40,909 nucleotides of DNA from Steroidobacterales bacterium (GTDB lineage Bacteria; Pseudomonadota; Gammaproteobacteria; Steroidobacterales; Steroidobacteraceae), in assembly GCA_044440325.1 (NCBI GenBank), contig JBIODE010000001.1, positions 1 through 40,909 of the forward strand. Direction: 5' to 3'. Positions 21,286-31,086 of this stretch are shown piece by piece. The notes beneath the pieces are model-generated. The model made no database searches. It was not told the origin of the DNA and saw only the letters and a list, made by a program, of their open reading frames with translations. Made by a program: the position numbers and the translations under genes. The stretch's first letter is position 1, and each line of letters opens with the position of its first letter.

Positions 21286-22620
21286 GTGATGCAGCAATAT
21301 ATCGCGCAGCCGGTGGGCACCGTCGCCGGCACGGTGCGTCTGCCGGGCGACAAGTCGATCTCGCACCGCGCGTTGATGCTCGGTGGCATCGCCGACGGCG
21401 ACACCGATATTCACGGGTTTCTCGACAGCGAAGATTGCCTGGCGACGCTGGCGGCGCTGCGTGCCCTCGGCGTGAGAATCGAGCGGCCGGCGGCCACCGA
21501 GGTGCGCGTTCACGGCGTCGGCGTCGACGGCCTGCGGGCCGCGAGCGGCGCGCTCGACATGGGCAATGCCGGCACCGCGATGCGCCTGTTCATGGGCCTG
21601 TTGGCCCCGCAGCGATTCGATTCGACCTTGATCGGCGATGCCTCATTGATGCGCCGGCCGATGGAGCGGGTGGCGCAGCCGCTGCGGCTGATGGGGGCGC
21701 ATATCGATACGCACGAAGGACGCCCGCCGGTGCGTATTCACGGCGGAGCGGTGCTGCGTGCGATCGATTACCGGATGCCGGTCGCCAGCGCACAACTCAA
21801 GTCCGCGCTGCTGCTCGCGGGTCTGGCGGCCCAGGGCATCACCAGCGTCACGGAACCGGCGCCCACGCGCGACCATACGGAGCGGATGCTGGCGGGTTTT
21901 GGCGTGCGCCTCGTGAGCGATACGGTGGGCGTGGCGGCACCCGGCGAGGCTGCGGCGGCGCGCGTGCGCCTGCAGGGCGGGCAGCGGCTGCGAGGCTGCC
22001 GCGTCGATGTCCCCGGGGATTTTTCCTCGGCGGCGTTCTTCGTCGTCGCCGGCTGTCTGGCGGCGCAGCCGGTGCTCCGGTTGCACAATGTCGGCGTGAA
22101 TCCGACGCGCACGGGCCTGCTCGAGCTGTTGCGGCTCATGGGCGCGCAGATTACCGTGCAGCGCCAGGCCGATGACGGACCCGAGCCGATCGCCGACATT
22201 GAAGTGCGTGCCAGCCGCCTGCACGGCATCCGCGTGCCCGAGGCACTCGTACCGCTTGCAATCGATGAGTTCCCGGCCTTCTTCATCGCGGCCGCCTGCG
22301 CCGAGGGCGAAACCGTGGTGACCGGCGCGGCAGAGCTGCGCGTCAAGGAGAGTGATCGACTGGCGAGCATGGCCGAGGGACTCACGCGCTTAGGGATCGG
22401 GTGCGAGTTGCTGCCCGATGGCATTCGCATTCAGGGTGGCCGGATTCGCGGCGGCCGTATCGATAGCCACGGCGATCACCGTATTGCGATGTCTTTCGCG
22501 ATCGCGAGCGTGCGTGCCGCTGCGCCGATCGAAATCGACGATGTGGCGAACGTTGCGACCTCGTTTCCGAATTTCCTCGAGCTGGCGCGCGCCGCCGGGC
22601 TCGCGGTGCACGCCTCATGA
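21286..22620 (+). CDS. aroA: 3-phosphoshikimate 1-carboxyvinyltransferase (EPSP synthase)
   Basis: 444 aa with LPGDKSISHRALML, GNAGTAMRL, RPMERV, DHRIAMSFAIA. Monofunctional; no fused TyrA domain. Confidence 0.96.
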   Translation: MMQQYIAQPVGTVAGTVRLPGDKSISHRALMLGGIADGDTDIHGFLDSEDCLATLAALRALGVRIERPAATEVRVHGVGVDGLRAASGALDMGNAGTAMRLFMGLLAPQRFDSTLIGDASLMRRPMERVAQPLRLMGAHIDTHEGRPPVRIHGGAVLRAIDYRMPVASAQLKSALLLAGLAAQGITSVTEPAPTRDHTERMLAGFGVRLVSDTVGVAAPGEAAAARVRLQGGQRLRGCRVDVPGDFSSAAFFVVAGCLAAQPVLRLHNVGVNPTRTGLLELLRLMGAQITVQRQADDGPEPIADIEVRASRLHGIRVPEALVPLAIDEFPAFFIAAACAEGETVVTGAAELRVKESDRLASMAEGLTRLGIGCELLPDGIRIQGGRIRGGRIDSHGDHRIAMSFAIASVRAAAPIEIDDVANVATSFPNFLELARAAGLAVHAS

Positions 22621-23342
22621 GCGGCGTTGCAGATGAGCCCCACGGCATTGAACATTCGGTGGCCGCACCACCCGTGGTTACCGTCGATGGTCCGAGCGGG
22701 GCGGGCAAGGGCACGGTCAGCCGGCTGCTGGTGCACCGCACCGGCTGGCATCTGCTCGACAGCGGCGCCCTCTATCGCCTCGTGGCGCTTGCGGGCGAGC
22801 GGGCGGGGCTGGCGAGCGACGATGTCCAGGGCCATACCCGCCTGGCGGTCGGCATGGACGTGAGCTTCGGCGCGACGCGCGCTGGGCTGGAGCAGATCTG
22901 GCTTGGGGGACGGGACATCACGGACGAGCTGCGCTCGGAGAGCGCCGGTGCCGGCGCCTCGCGCGTCGCGGCATGGCCGGCGGTGCGCACAGCGCTGCTG
23001 GAGCGGCAGCGCTCGTTTCGGGCGCCGCCGGGGCTGATCGCGGACGGACGCGACATGGGGACGGTGGTCTTTGCCGACGCTGAGCTGAAAATCTTCCTCA
23101 CCGCGAGCGCCGCGGAGCGTGCCCAACGACGCTATAAGCAGTTGAAAGAAAAGGACTCTGGTGTTAGCCTTGCCGCCCTTTCGCGCGAGATAGCCGAGCG
23201 GGATCAACGGGATGCAAGCCGGCCTGTGGCTCCGCTCGTGCCGGCGGCCGATGCGATTGTTCTGGACTCGACGGCTTTGACGGCTGCCGAGGTGACGGAG
23301 CAGATATATGCGCACGGCCGACGCCGCCGTCTCTGGGGGTAG
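22617..23342 (+). CDS. cmk: (d)CMP kinase
   Basis: P-loop VTVDGPSGAGKGTVSR plus DSGALYR and ADGRDMGTVVF blocks. ATGA overlap with aroA. Confidence 0.95.
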   Translation: MSGVADEPHGIEHSVAAPPVVTVDGPSGAGKGTVSRLLVHRTGWHLLDSGALYRLVALAGERAGLASDDVQGHTRLAVGMDVSFGATRAGLEQIWLGGRDITDELRSESAGAGASRVAAWPAVRTALLERQRSFRAPPGLIADGRDMGTVVFADAELKIFLTASAAERAQRRYKQLKEKDSGVSLAALSREIAERDQRDASRPVAPLVPAADAIVLDSTALTAAEVTEQIYAHGRRRRLWG

Positions 23343-23462
23343 AACCGTCAGCAGAGCGTAAAGGCAATGGTGAACGCAGCAGGATGCCGCGTTCGTGTGT
23401 TGTTTCCCGCCGGGCCGGAGGTTCGGGCGGCAGTGAGCATGTTCAATCGTGCAAGAGAGTTT

Positions 23463-25142
<1,680 letters not shown>

Positions 25143-25225
25143 GGCTTGGGAACATCAGGCGGCACGGCCGCCCGGGGGCGGGTTGCTGCTTCCGGCGCGG
25201 CTAATGCGAATGCAGAAGGCTTCTT

Positions 25226-25528
25226 ATGACGAAGTCCGAACTGATCGAAATCATCACGGCAAAGCAAAAGCATTTGCCTGCGAAGGACGTCGAACTGGCG
25301 CTCAAGCAGATGCTTGAGATCATGAGCGACGCTCTGGCACTGGGCGATCGCATCGAGATCCGCGGCTTCGGCAGCTTCTCGCTGCATTTCCGTCCGCCGC
25401 GCCAGGGCCGCAATCCCAAGACGGGCGAGGCGGTGGCGCTTGGGGGCAAGTATGTGCCGCACTTCAAGCCGGGCAAGGATCTGCGCGAACGCGTGAACAA
25501 GGGCACGGATCGGCCGATTCGCGATTGA
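25226..25528 (+). CDS. ihfB: Integration host factor subunit beta
   Basis: 100 aa, MTKSELIE...[32 protein letters not shown]. Follows rpsA as in many proteobacteria. Confidence 0.96.
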   Translation: MTKSELIEIITAKQKHLPAKDVELALKQMLEIMSDALALGDRIEIRGFGSFSLHFRPPRQGRNPKTGEAVALGGKYVPHFKPGKDLRERVNKGTDRPIRD

Positions 25529-25545
25529 TAGAATTGCGATTGATA
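25516..25545 (+). repeat. Near-perfect tandem 15-mer (GATTCGCGATTGATA / GAATTGCGATTGATA) spanning the ihfB stop codon
   Basis: 13 of 15 positions are identical. The first copy contains the last ihfB codons and the TGA stop. Confidence 0.8.
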
Positions 25546-25591
25546 CAGTCGTAATTCATTTGAGTTCAACCCAACTCCGATAAGGAAGCGC

Positions 25592-26614
25592 GTGGCTGTG
25601 ACCAAGCCCATCAGAACGGCGGTATTTCCGGTGGCAGGACGCGGAACGCGATTCCTGCCTGCGACCAAGGCGAGCCCGAAGGAGATGCTGCCGATCGTCG
25701 ACAAGCCGCTGATTCAGTATGCGGTGGAAGAGGCGCTGGCCGCCGGTGCTCGCCGCCTGGTTTTCATCACCGGCGCCTCCAAGCGTGCCATCGAGGATCA
25801 TTTCGATTCGGACGCCGAGCTGGAGAAATTTCTCGAGTCGCAGGGCAAGACCGAACTCGCGCGCGAAATACGCAGCGTGCTTCCGAGCTATGCCTCCTGC
25901 ATCTATATCCGCCAGCCGGCGCCTTTGGGGCTGGGCCATGCGGTGCTGTGCGCGCAGCCGGCGGTCGGCGATGAGCCGTTCTTCGTACATCTGGCCGACG
26001 ATTTGATCGATGCCGAAGTGCCGTGCCTCAAGCAGATGGCCGCAACCTACGCCTCGCATCACGCCAGCGTTCTCGGGGTGGAAGAGGTTCCGCACCGGGA
26101 GACCGACAAGTACGGCATCGTCGAAGTGGAACCCAAGGAGGGCACGGTCGCGCGCATCCGCAGCATCGTGGAGAAGCCCAAGCCCGAGGCCGCGCCCTCA
26201 AATCTTGCCGTTGTCGGCCGATACCTGCTCACGCCCGGCATTTTTGCCGAGCTCGAGCGCGTCGGACAGGGCGCAGGAGGAGAGATTCAGCTGACCGATG
26301 GCATTGCGCGGCTGATGAAACGCGAGCCGATCTTCGCCCATCGCTTCACCGGGCGCCGCTACGATTGCGGCAACAAGCTCGGCTACTTGAAGGCCACCGT
26401 GGAGCTCTCGCTCGCACATCCGGTTCTCGGCAAGGCCTTTCGCGCCTATCTCATGGACGTTGCGCAGCGCATCGGCAGCATGCACTCGAGCTCGCGGGCC
26501 CGAGTCGACGCACGGACCACGGCGGCCCGATCGTCGTCATCGGCTGCGCCAAAGCCGTCATCGACTGCGCCAAAAAAGAGCGGCAGTAGAGGCGCCGCGC
26601 GCCGCGGGGCGTGA
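25592..26614 (+). CDS. galU: UTP--glucose-1-phosphate uridylyltransferase GalU with a basic Ser/Ala-rich C-terminal tail
   Basis: [39 protein letters not shown] and VEKP blocks. AAGGAAG Shine-Dalgarno upstream. GTG start at 25592 (an alternative GTG is at 25598). Confidence 0.93.
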   Translation: MAVTKPIRTAVFPVAGRGTRFLPATKASPKEMLPIVDKPLIQYAVEEALAAGARRLVFITGASKRAIEDHFDSDAELEKFLESQGKTELAREIRSVLPSYASCIYIRQPAPLGLGHAVLCAQPAVGDEPFFVHLADDLIDAEVPCLKQMAATYASHHASVLGVEEVPHRETDKYGIVEVEPKEGTVARIRSIVEKPKPEAAPSNLAVVGRYLLTPGIFAELERVGQGAGGEIQLTDGIARLMKREPIFAHRFTGRRYDCGNKLGYLKATVELSLAHPVLGKAFRAYLMDVAQRIGSMHSSSRARVDARTTAARSSSSAAPKPSSTAPKKSGSRGAARRGA

Positions 26615-26682
26615 ACTGCGTCACGGTTGCCGACGGCGCTCGCTGAGGCGCCGATAAAGGCGGCCGGCGGCTCCCGCCGCCG

Positions 26683-26709
26683 TCAAGAAAGGCGCGTTCC
26701 CGCCGATAT
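26683..26709 (+). promoter_or_regulatory. Candidate sigma-28 (FliA) promoter for motAB: TCAAG-N14-GCCGATAT
   Basis: TCAAG at 26683-26687 and GCCGATAT at 26702-26709, separated by 14 nt. The enterobacterial consensus TAAAGTTT-N11-GCCGATAA has the same 14-nt spacing between TAAAG and GCCGATAA. As I recall, pseudomonad FliA sites use TCAAG as the -35 element. The site lies 47 nt upstream of the motA ATG. Confidence 0.45.
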
Positions 26710-26718
26710 TTCCGGACA

Positions 26719-26733
26719 GGACCCATTGGGTCC
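26719..26733 (+). promoter_or_regulatory. Perfect inverted repeat GGACCC-ATT-GGGTCC in the motA leader
   Basis: Read directly from the sequence. It begins about 10 nt after the candidate -10 element, so it would lie at or near the 5' end of the transcript. Confidence 0.3.
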
Positions 26734-26755
26734 ATACCGGCGCTCGTAGTAAGAA

Positions 26756-27643
26756 ATGCTCGCGATCATTGGCTCAGCCATCGTTCTATTGTGCGTAGCT
26801 GGCAGCTTTCTCATGGAAGGCGGCAGTTTGCTGCTGCTGTGGCATCCGTCCGAGATCATGATTATCTGTGGCGCGGCCTTCGGCGCGTTCGTCATCAGCA
26901 ATCCGTTCAAGGTGGTCAAGGGGGCGTTCATCGCAGCGCTGGGGCTGGTCAAAGGCCCGCGGTACCGCCGCGAGGACTACGTCGATCTGCTCAAGCTCCT
27001 CTATGACATTCTGGTCAAGATCCGCAAATCCGGCATGCTCGCGATTGAATCGGACATCGAGGCACCGGAGAAGAGCAAGCTCTTCAGCGAATATCCGCGC
27101 ATTCTCGCCGATCATCACATGGTGGAGTTCATCACGGATTGCCTGCGCTTGATCATCGGTGGCAATCTCGATCCGAACGAACTCGAAAGCCTGCTCGAGT
27201 ACGAACTCGATACCCACCACAAGGAGTCCGCCGAGCCGTCACATGCGGTGCAGCGCGTCGCCGACGCACTGCCCGGATTCGGCATCGTGGCCGCGGTGCT
27301 CGGCATTGTAAATACGATGGCGGCGATCGAGGGCGCCGACACGGCTACCATCGGCCGCAAGGTCGGTGCGGCGCTGGTCGGCACATTTCTCGGCATTCTC
27401 GTCGCCTACGGCTTCGTCGGCCCGATTTCTGCGGCGATGGAGCACCGGGCGGGCGAGGAGGGCAAAGCCTTCGAGGTCGTGAAGATGGCGCTGGTCGCCA
27501 GCGTGCGCGGCTATGCGCCGCCGGTTGCGGTTGAGTTCGCGCGCAAACTCCTGTTCTCGGACGTCCGTCCGAGCTTCGCGGATCTCGAGAACCATCTCAA
27601 GGGCAAGAAGAAGGAGATGCCGACAGAGAGCGCAGCGGCATGA
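26756..27643 (+). CDS. motA: Flagellar motor stator protein MotA
   Basis: 295 aa, collinear with E. coli MotA as I recall it (YPRILAD, LPAFGIVAAV-like LPGFGIVAAVLG, VGTFLGIL.AYGF, GYAPP.AVEF.RK). Followed by motB with an ATGA overlap. Confidence 0.92.
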   Translation: MLAIIGSAIVLLCVAGSFLMEGGSLLLLWHPSEIMIICGAAFGAFVISNPFKVVKGAFIAALGLVKGPRYRREDYVDLLKLLYDILVKIRKSGMLAIESDIEAPEKSKLFSEYPRILADHHMVEFITDCLRLIIGGNLDPNELESLLEYELDTHHKESAEPSHAVQRVADALPGFGIVAAVLGIVNTMAAIEGADTATIGRKVGAALVGTFLGILVAYGFVGPISAAMEHRAGEEGKAFEVVKMALVASVRGYAPPVAVEFARKLLFSDVRPSFADLENHLKGKKKEMPTESAAA

Positions 27644-28695
27644 GCCCGAAAGCGGAACGGCCGATCATCATCGTCCGGCGCAAGAAGCACGCGGCCGCTG
27701 CGCATCACGGCGGCGCCTGGAAGGTCGCCTATGCCGACTTCGTGACCGCGATGATGGCCTTCTTCATGGTCATGTGGCTGCTGGCCGCCGTGACCAAGGA
27801 GCAGCGCGCGGCCATCTTCGAGTACTTCAAGAATCCCAGCATGGAGCAGGGCAAATCGGTGCGCGCGTCGCCGGGACAGATGGGCCCGGGCGGCGCCAGC
27901 ACCAGCGCGATCAACCTGCACGGGGCGCTGGAATCGCGCGCGTCGGCGACGCCGCTGAATACCGGTCTCGGCATGCCGCGCGACAATCCTCTGCGCCGCG
28001 ACAATCCGGCGCGCGATGCAATCGCGACGCCGGCGCAAGCCGCGCCCGCGCCGACGGTCGATGAAGCCAAGCGCGTCATGGAGGCTGCAGAGCACCAGAA
28101 GCTCGAATCGCTGATGCAGGAGCTGCACCAGGCGATCGATATGAGCCAGGCGCTCAAACCATTCAAGGACCAGCTGCTGCTCGATATTACGCCCGAGGGC
28201 CTGCGCATCCAGATCGTCGACGCGCAGAACCGGCCGATGTTCGACCTCGGCAGCGCGCAGCTCAAGAGTTACACGGGAACTATCCTGCGCGAGCTGGCTC
28301 CCTACCTCAATTCCGTGCCGAACCACTTGAGTCTGACCGGTCATACCGACACCGCGCCCTATATCGCCAAGGCCGGGTACACCAATTGGGACCTGTCGGC
28401 CGACCGCGCCAACGCGGCACGGCGCGCGCTCGAGAGCGGTGGCCTGGCAGCCGACAAGATCGCGCGCATCGTCGGCCTGTCCTCAGCGGTATTGTTCGAC
28501 AAGGGCAATCCGCGCAATCCGATCAATCGGCGCATCAGCATCATCGTCATGACACGTGGGGCCGAAGAGTCAGCGCTCAAGACCGACAGCGCGCCGGAGC
28601 AGGATCCCAGCATCCTGCACAACCGTGCTGCCTTCGGTGTGACTGCCGCGCCGGCGAATGCACCGCTCGGCAGCCCGCGATCACTTACGGATTAG
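27640..28695 (+). CDS. motB: Flagellar motor protein MotB (OmpA-like peptidoglycan-binding C-terminus)
   Basis: N-terminal block GGAWKVAYADFVTAMMAFFMVMWL containing the conserved plug/TM Asp. EGLRIQIVDAQNRPMF and the OmpA-like block NWDLSADRANAARR...NRRISIIV. Confidence 0.92.
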   Translation: MSPKAERPIIIVRRKKHAAAAHHGGAWKVAYADFVTAMMAFFMVMWLLAAVTKEQRAAIFEYFKNPSMEQGKSVRASPGQMGPGGASTSAINLHGALESRASATPLNTGLGMPRDNPLRRDNPARDAIATPAQAAPAPTVDEAKRVMEAAEHQKLESLMQELHQAIDMSQALKPFKDQLLLDITPEGLRIQIVDAQNRPMFDLGSAQLKSYTGTILRELAPYLNSVPNHLSLTGHTDTAPYIAKAGYTNWDLSADRANAARRALESGGLAADKIARIVGLSSAVLFDKGNPRNPINRRISIIVMTRGAEESALKTDSAPEQDPSILHNRAAFGVTAAPANAPLGSPRSLTD

Positions 28696-28717
28696 CGCCT
28701 GAGGCGCGCGCCGACGT

Positions 28718-30109
28718 TCAGGCTGCGACGGCCGCCGGCGGAGCGGCCAGCCGCGGCGGCCTGACCTGGCGCAGCGGGATACGTATTTGGATGCGCAACC
28801 CACCGCCGGCGATGTTGCTGGCACGCACGCTGCCGCCGTGCAGACTCACGACACGTGCGGTGATCGCCAGCCCGATGCCGTGCCCACCCGAGTCGCGGTC
28901 CCGTGCCTTCGCGACTCGGAAGAAAGGCTCGAAGATCCGTTCGAGCAATTCCGCCGGAACACCCGGACCATGATCGGTCACGCTGATGAGGACCTCCTGG
29001 CCGCTGCGCACGCCGGAGATCTCGATCGACGCGCCATTGGGCGAGAAGCGCAGCGCATTGCGGACGATGTTCTCGATCGCGCGATAGAGCAACTCGCGAT
29101 CGCCGTCGACTGCGAGTCCCGGAGCGACTTCCAGGTCGACGCGCACCCAATGCGGCTCGGCCTCCAGCCGCGCGTTTTCCGCAACGGTATCGAGCAGCTC
29201 CTCGAGATCGACCGACTCGGCGACCAGCTCGCGCGACGGATCGTCCAGGCGCGACAAGCTCAGGATCTCGCCGATGAGTTCATCGAGTCGCTGCGTCTCC
29301 TGCTCGATGCGATCGAACTCCTGCTCGAGGTTGGCGCCGGGGCGGCGCGCCAGTCCGAGCGCGATCTGCAGGCGCGCGAGCGGCGAGCGCAGCTCGTGCG
29401 ACACGTCGCGCAGCAGTTGCTGCTGCGAATCGAGCAGGCCGCGCAATCGCTCGGCCATGGCGTCGAAATCGACCGCCAGCAGCGCCAGCTCATCGCGCCG
29501 CCGTCCGAGCAGGCTCGCCACGCGCACGCTCAGATCACCGTCGGCGATCGAGCGCGTCGCGGCGCGCAGGTGACCGATCGGGTCGCTCAGATAACGCGCG
29601 AGCAGGAAGCACACCACGGTGCTGACGATCAATGTGGCGAAGGAGGCCACCAGCGGGGTTTCGGGCGTGCCGAAAATACCGAAGGGTCCGGGCCGTTGGC
29701 GCACCAGCGACAAGGCATAGGTTTCGTCGGTCGAAGTCACCAGCTGCGACAGCAGCCGTACGTCTCGCCCTCTGCCGCCGGCCGTCCGATCGGGGAACGG
29801 ACGGCGCCCGAGGCTGGCCTGCAGGAAATCCGGTACCCGCCGGCCGAGCAGATCGTCGCCGTGGCGATCGAGGACGTACAGGCGATCCGGCGGCACCTCC
29901 CGGTCTTCCTTCTGCAGCCATGTGCGCAGGCCGGGAATGCCTTGTGCGGCGAGCACGACCGAGGCCTGGCGCGCGAGCTCGTCCTGGTGGTCCTGTTCCC
30001 GCTGGAGGCGTTGATAGTCCAGCCACAGCGTCGCCATGACGGTAAAGCTCAGCGCCAGCACCATCGCCGTCCAGAACGCGAAGAAGATGCGGAGGTAGAG
30101 ATTGCGCAT
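28718..30109 (-). CDS. cpxA: Envelope-stress type sensor histidine kinase, CpxA-like (TM-periplasmic-TM-HAMP-HisKA-HATPase)
   Basis: N-terminus LRIFFAFWTAMVLAL (CpxA: RIFAIFWLTLALVL), H-box SQQQLLRDVSHELRSPLARLQ, N/G boxes (RNALRFSP, DHGPGVP, GGHGIGLAI). Immediately downstream of the cpxR-like gene. The ortholog assignment is by resemblance only. Confidence 0.7.
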   Translation of the reverse strand: MRNLYLRIFFAFWTAMVLALSFTVMATLWLDYQRLQREQDHQDELARQASVVLAAQGIPGLRTWLQKEDREVPPDRLYVLDRHGDDLLGRRVPDFLQASLGRRPFPDRTAGGRGRDVRLLSQLVTSTDETYALSLVRQRPGPFGIFGTPETPLVASFATLIVSTVVCFLLARYLSDPIGHLRAATRSIADGDLSVRVASLLGRRRDELALLAVDFDAMAERLRGLLDSQQQLLRDVSHELRSPLARLQIALGLARRPGANLEQEFDRIEQETQRLDELIGEILSLSRLDDPSRELVAESVDLEELLDTVAENARLEAEPHWVRVDLEVAPGLAVDGDRELLYRAIENIVRNALRFSPNGASIEISGVRSGQEVLISVTDHGPGVPAELLERIFEPFFRVAKARDRDSGGHGIGLAITARVVSLHGGSVRASNIAGGGLRIQIRIPLRQVRPPRLAAPPAAVAA

Positions 30110-30126
30110 GCTGCAGCGGCGTCGCT

Positions 30127-30891
30127 TTAAGTTGCCGCCGGCTCCGCGACCGTGAAGACATAGCCGGAGCGCCGCACGTTCACGATCGATACCTCGTCGG
30201 CAACGACGGCGAGCTTGCGGCGGATGTTGCTGATGTGCGTGTCGATACTGCGGTCGTACGGTGTGAGCCGGCGGCCGAGAACCTGGCGGGTGAGATGCTC
30301 GCGCGAAACCACCACGCCGGCCTGCAGCATCAGCATCTCGAGCACGCGAAATTCGACGCCGGTAAGGTTGATCGTCTGGCCACGCGCACTAGCCGTGCGG
30401 CTGCCGATGTGCAGGCTGACCGGGCCGGCATCGATGCGCTCGCGGCGCCCGGGTTGCGGATCGAGCAGCAGACTGCGACGCAGGATCGCGCGCATGCGTG
30501 CCACCAGTTCGCGCGGATTGAAAGGCTTGGGTAAATAATCGTCTGCGCCGAGTTCCAAGCCGACGACACGATCGACTTCCTCGCCGCGCGCCGTCAGCAT
30601 CAACACCGGCGTCGCGAGCTTCTGTCGCAGCAACCGCAGCACATCGAGACCGCCCATGCGCGGCAGCATCACGTCAAGCACGATCAGATCGAAATGATGG
30701 CGGCCGAGCGCATAGAGGGCCTCATCGCCGTCATGCACGACCGTGAGCTTGAAACCTTCAGGTCCGAGATATTCGCCCAGCATGCGGCACAGCTCGCGAT
30801 CGTCATCCACCAGCAGCACCGCGGCCGGTGCCGCACCTGGCCGGGTGTCCGCCGCCGTCTCGTTGGCTGTTTGCATGGATCGCATTTTCAT
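30127..30891 (-). CDS. cpxR: OmpR-family response regulator, CpxR-like
   Basis: LLVDDDRELCRMLGEYL..EGF...V.HDG..AL....DL..LDVM.P...G.D.L..LR....TPV.MLTARG.E.DRV.GLELGADDYLPKPFN.RELVAR.RAILRRS is nearly collinear with E. coli CpxR as I recall it. C-terminal winged helix. Start ambiguous (ATG 30891, 30885 or 30876), with no clear Shine-Dalgarno. Confidence 0.75.
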   Translation of the reverse strand: MKMRSMQTANETAADTRPGAAPAAVLLVDDDRELCRMLGEYLGPEGFKLTVVHDGDEALYALGRHHFDLIVLDVMLPRMGGLDVLRLLRQKLATPVLMLTARGEEVDRVVGLELGADDYLPKPFNPRELVARMRAILRRSLLLDPQPGRRERIDAGPVSLHIGSRTASARGQTINLTGVEFRVLEMLMLQAGVVVSREHLTRQVLGRRLTPYDRSIDTHISNIRRKLAVVADEVSIVNVRRSGYVFTVAEPAAT

Positions 30892-30907
30892 GGAGAAAAC
30901 GTCTGGT

Positions 30908-30922
30908 ATTTCGAGCCTTTAC
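30908..30922 (-). promoter_or_regulatory. Weak CpxR-box-like tandem site GTAAAGGCTCGAAAT (consensus GTAAA-N5-GTAAA)
   Basis: Minus-strand reading of 30908-30922. The first half-site is perfect and the second matches 3 of 5. It lies in the divergent region between the cpxR-like gene and the lipoprotein gene. Confidence 0.15.
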
Positions 30923-31086
30923 AATTCTTCGCAGGCCTTGTCCTTGGCACCGGACGCCGGCGCCGCGGGCATAATAGCTCGACCGGCGCTTGCGCTGGAC
31001 CGCCCGCAGGCCGGTAATGAGGATGCCAGACGAACACGGGGCGGCCCTGGTGGTCTTAAGGTATGGTGTTGGTCGGTGGGAACCCT

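Noticed and set aside
19245-21404. A 719-aa minus-strand ORF antisense to pheA and hisC. Similar long ORFs occur at 22476-24638 (antisense to cmk/rpsA), 14962-16602 (antisense to gyrA) and 2862-4397 (antisense to ligA).
   Set aside because: Same reasoning: they mirror highly conserved housekeeping genes, have low-complexity R/A/G/H-rich composition and contain no domains I recognise.
23343-23462. The cmk-rpsA spacer as a structured autoregulatory rpsA leader. The Shine-Dalgarno is weak (AGAGAG), as in E. coli rpsA.
   Set aside because: I could fold only a 5-bp stem by eye. That is not enough to claim conserved leader hairpins without a folding or covariation analysis.
25158-25172. Hairpin GGCGGC-ACG-GCCGCC after rpsA as a possible intrinsic terminator. 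A similar GC hairpin occurs at 26664-26678 after galU.
   Set aside because: There is no U-tract after either stem. Such short GC stems are expected by chance at this GC content, so I did not call them terminators.
26650-26657. A perfect FliA -10 octamer GCCGATAA in the galU-motA spacer.
   Set aside because: The sequence at the required -35 distance is CGACG, not TAAAG or TCAAG. The downstream TCAAG-N14-GCCGATAT is the better candidate, and I kept this one only as a note.
30945-30960. TGGCAC in the cpxR/lipoprotein intergenic region, resembling the sigma-54 -24 element.
   Set aside because: The -12 element five nucleotides downstream reads GCCGG instead of TTGC(A/T), so it is not a sigma-54 promoter match.
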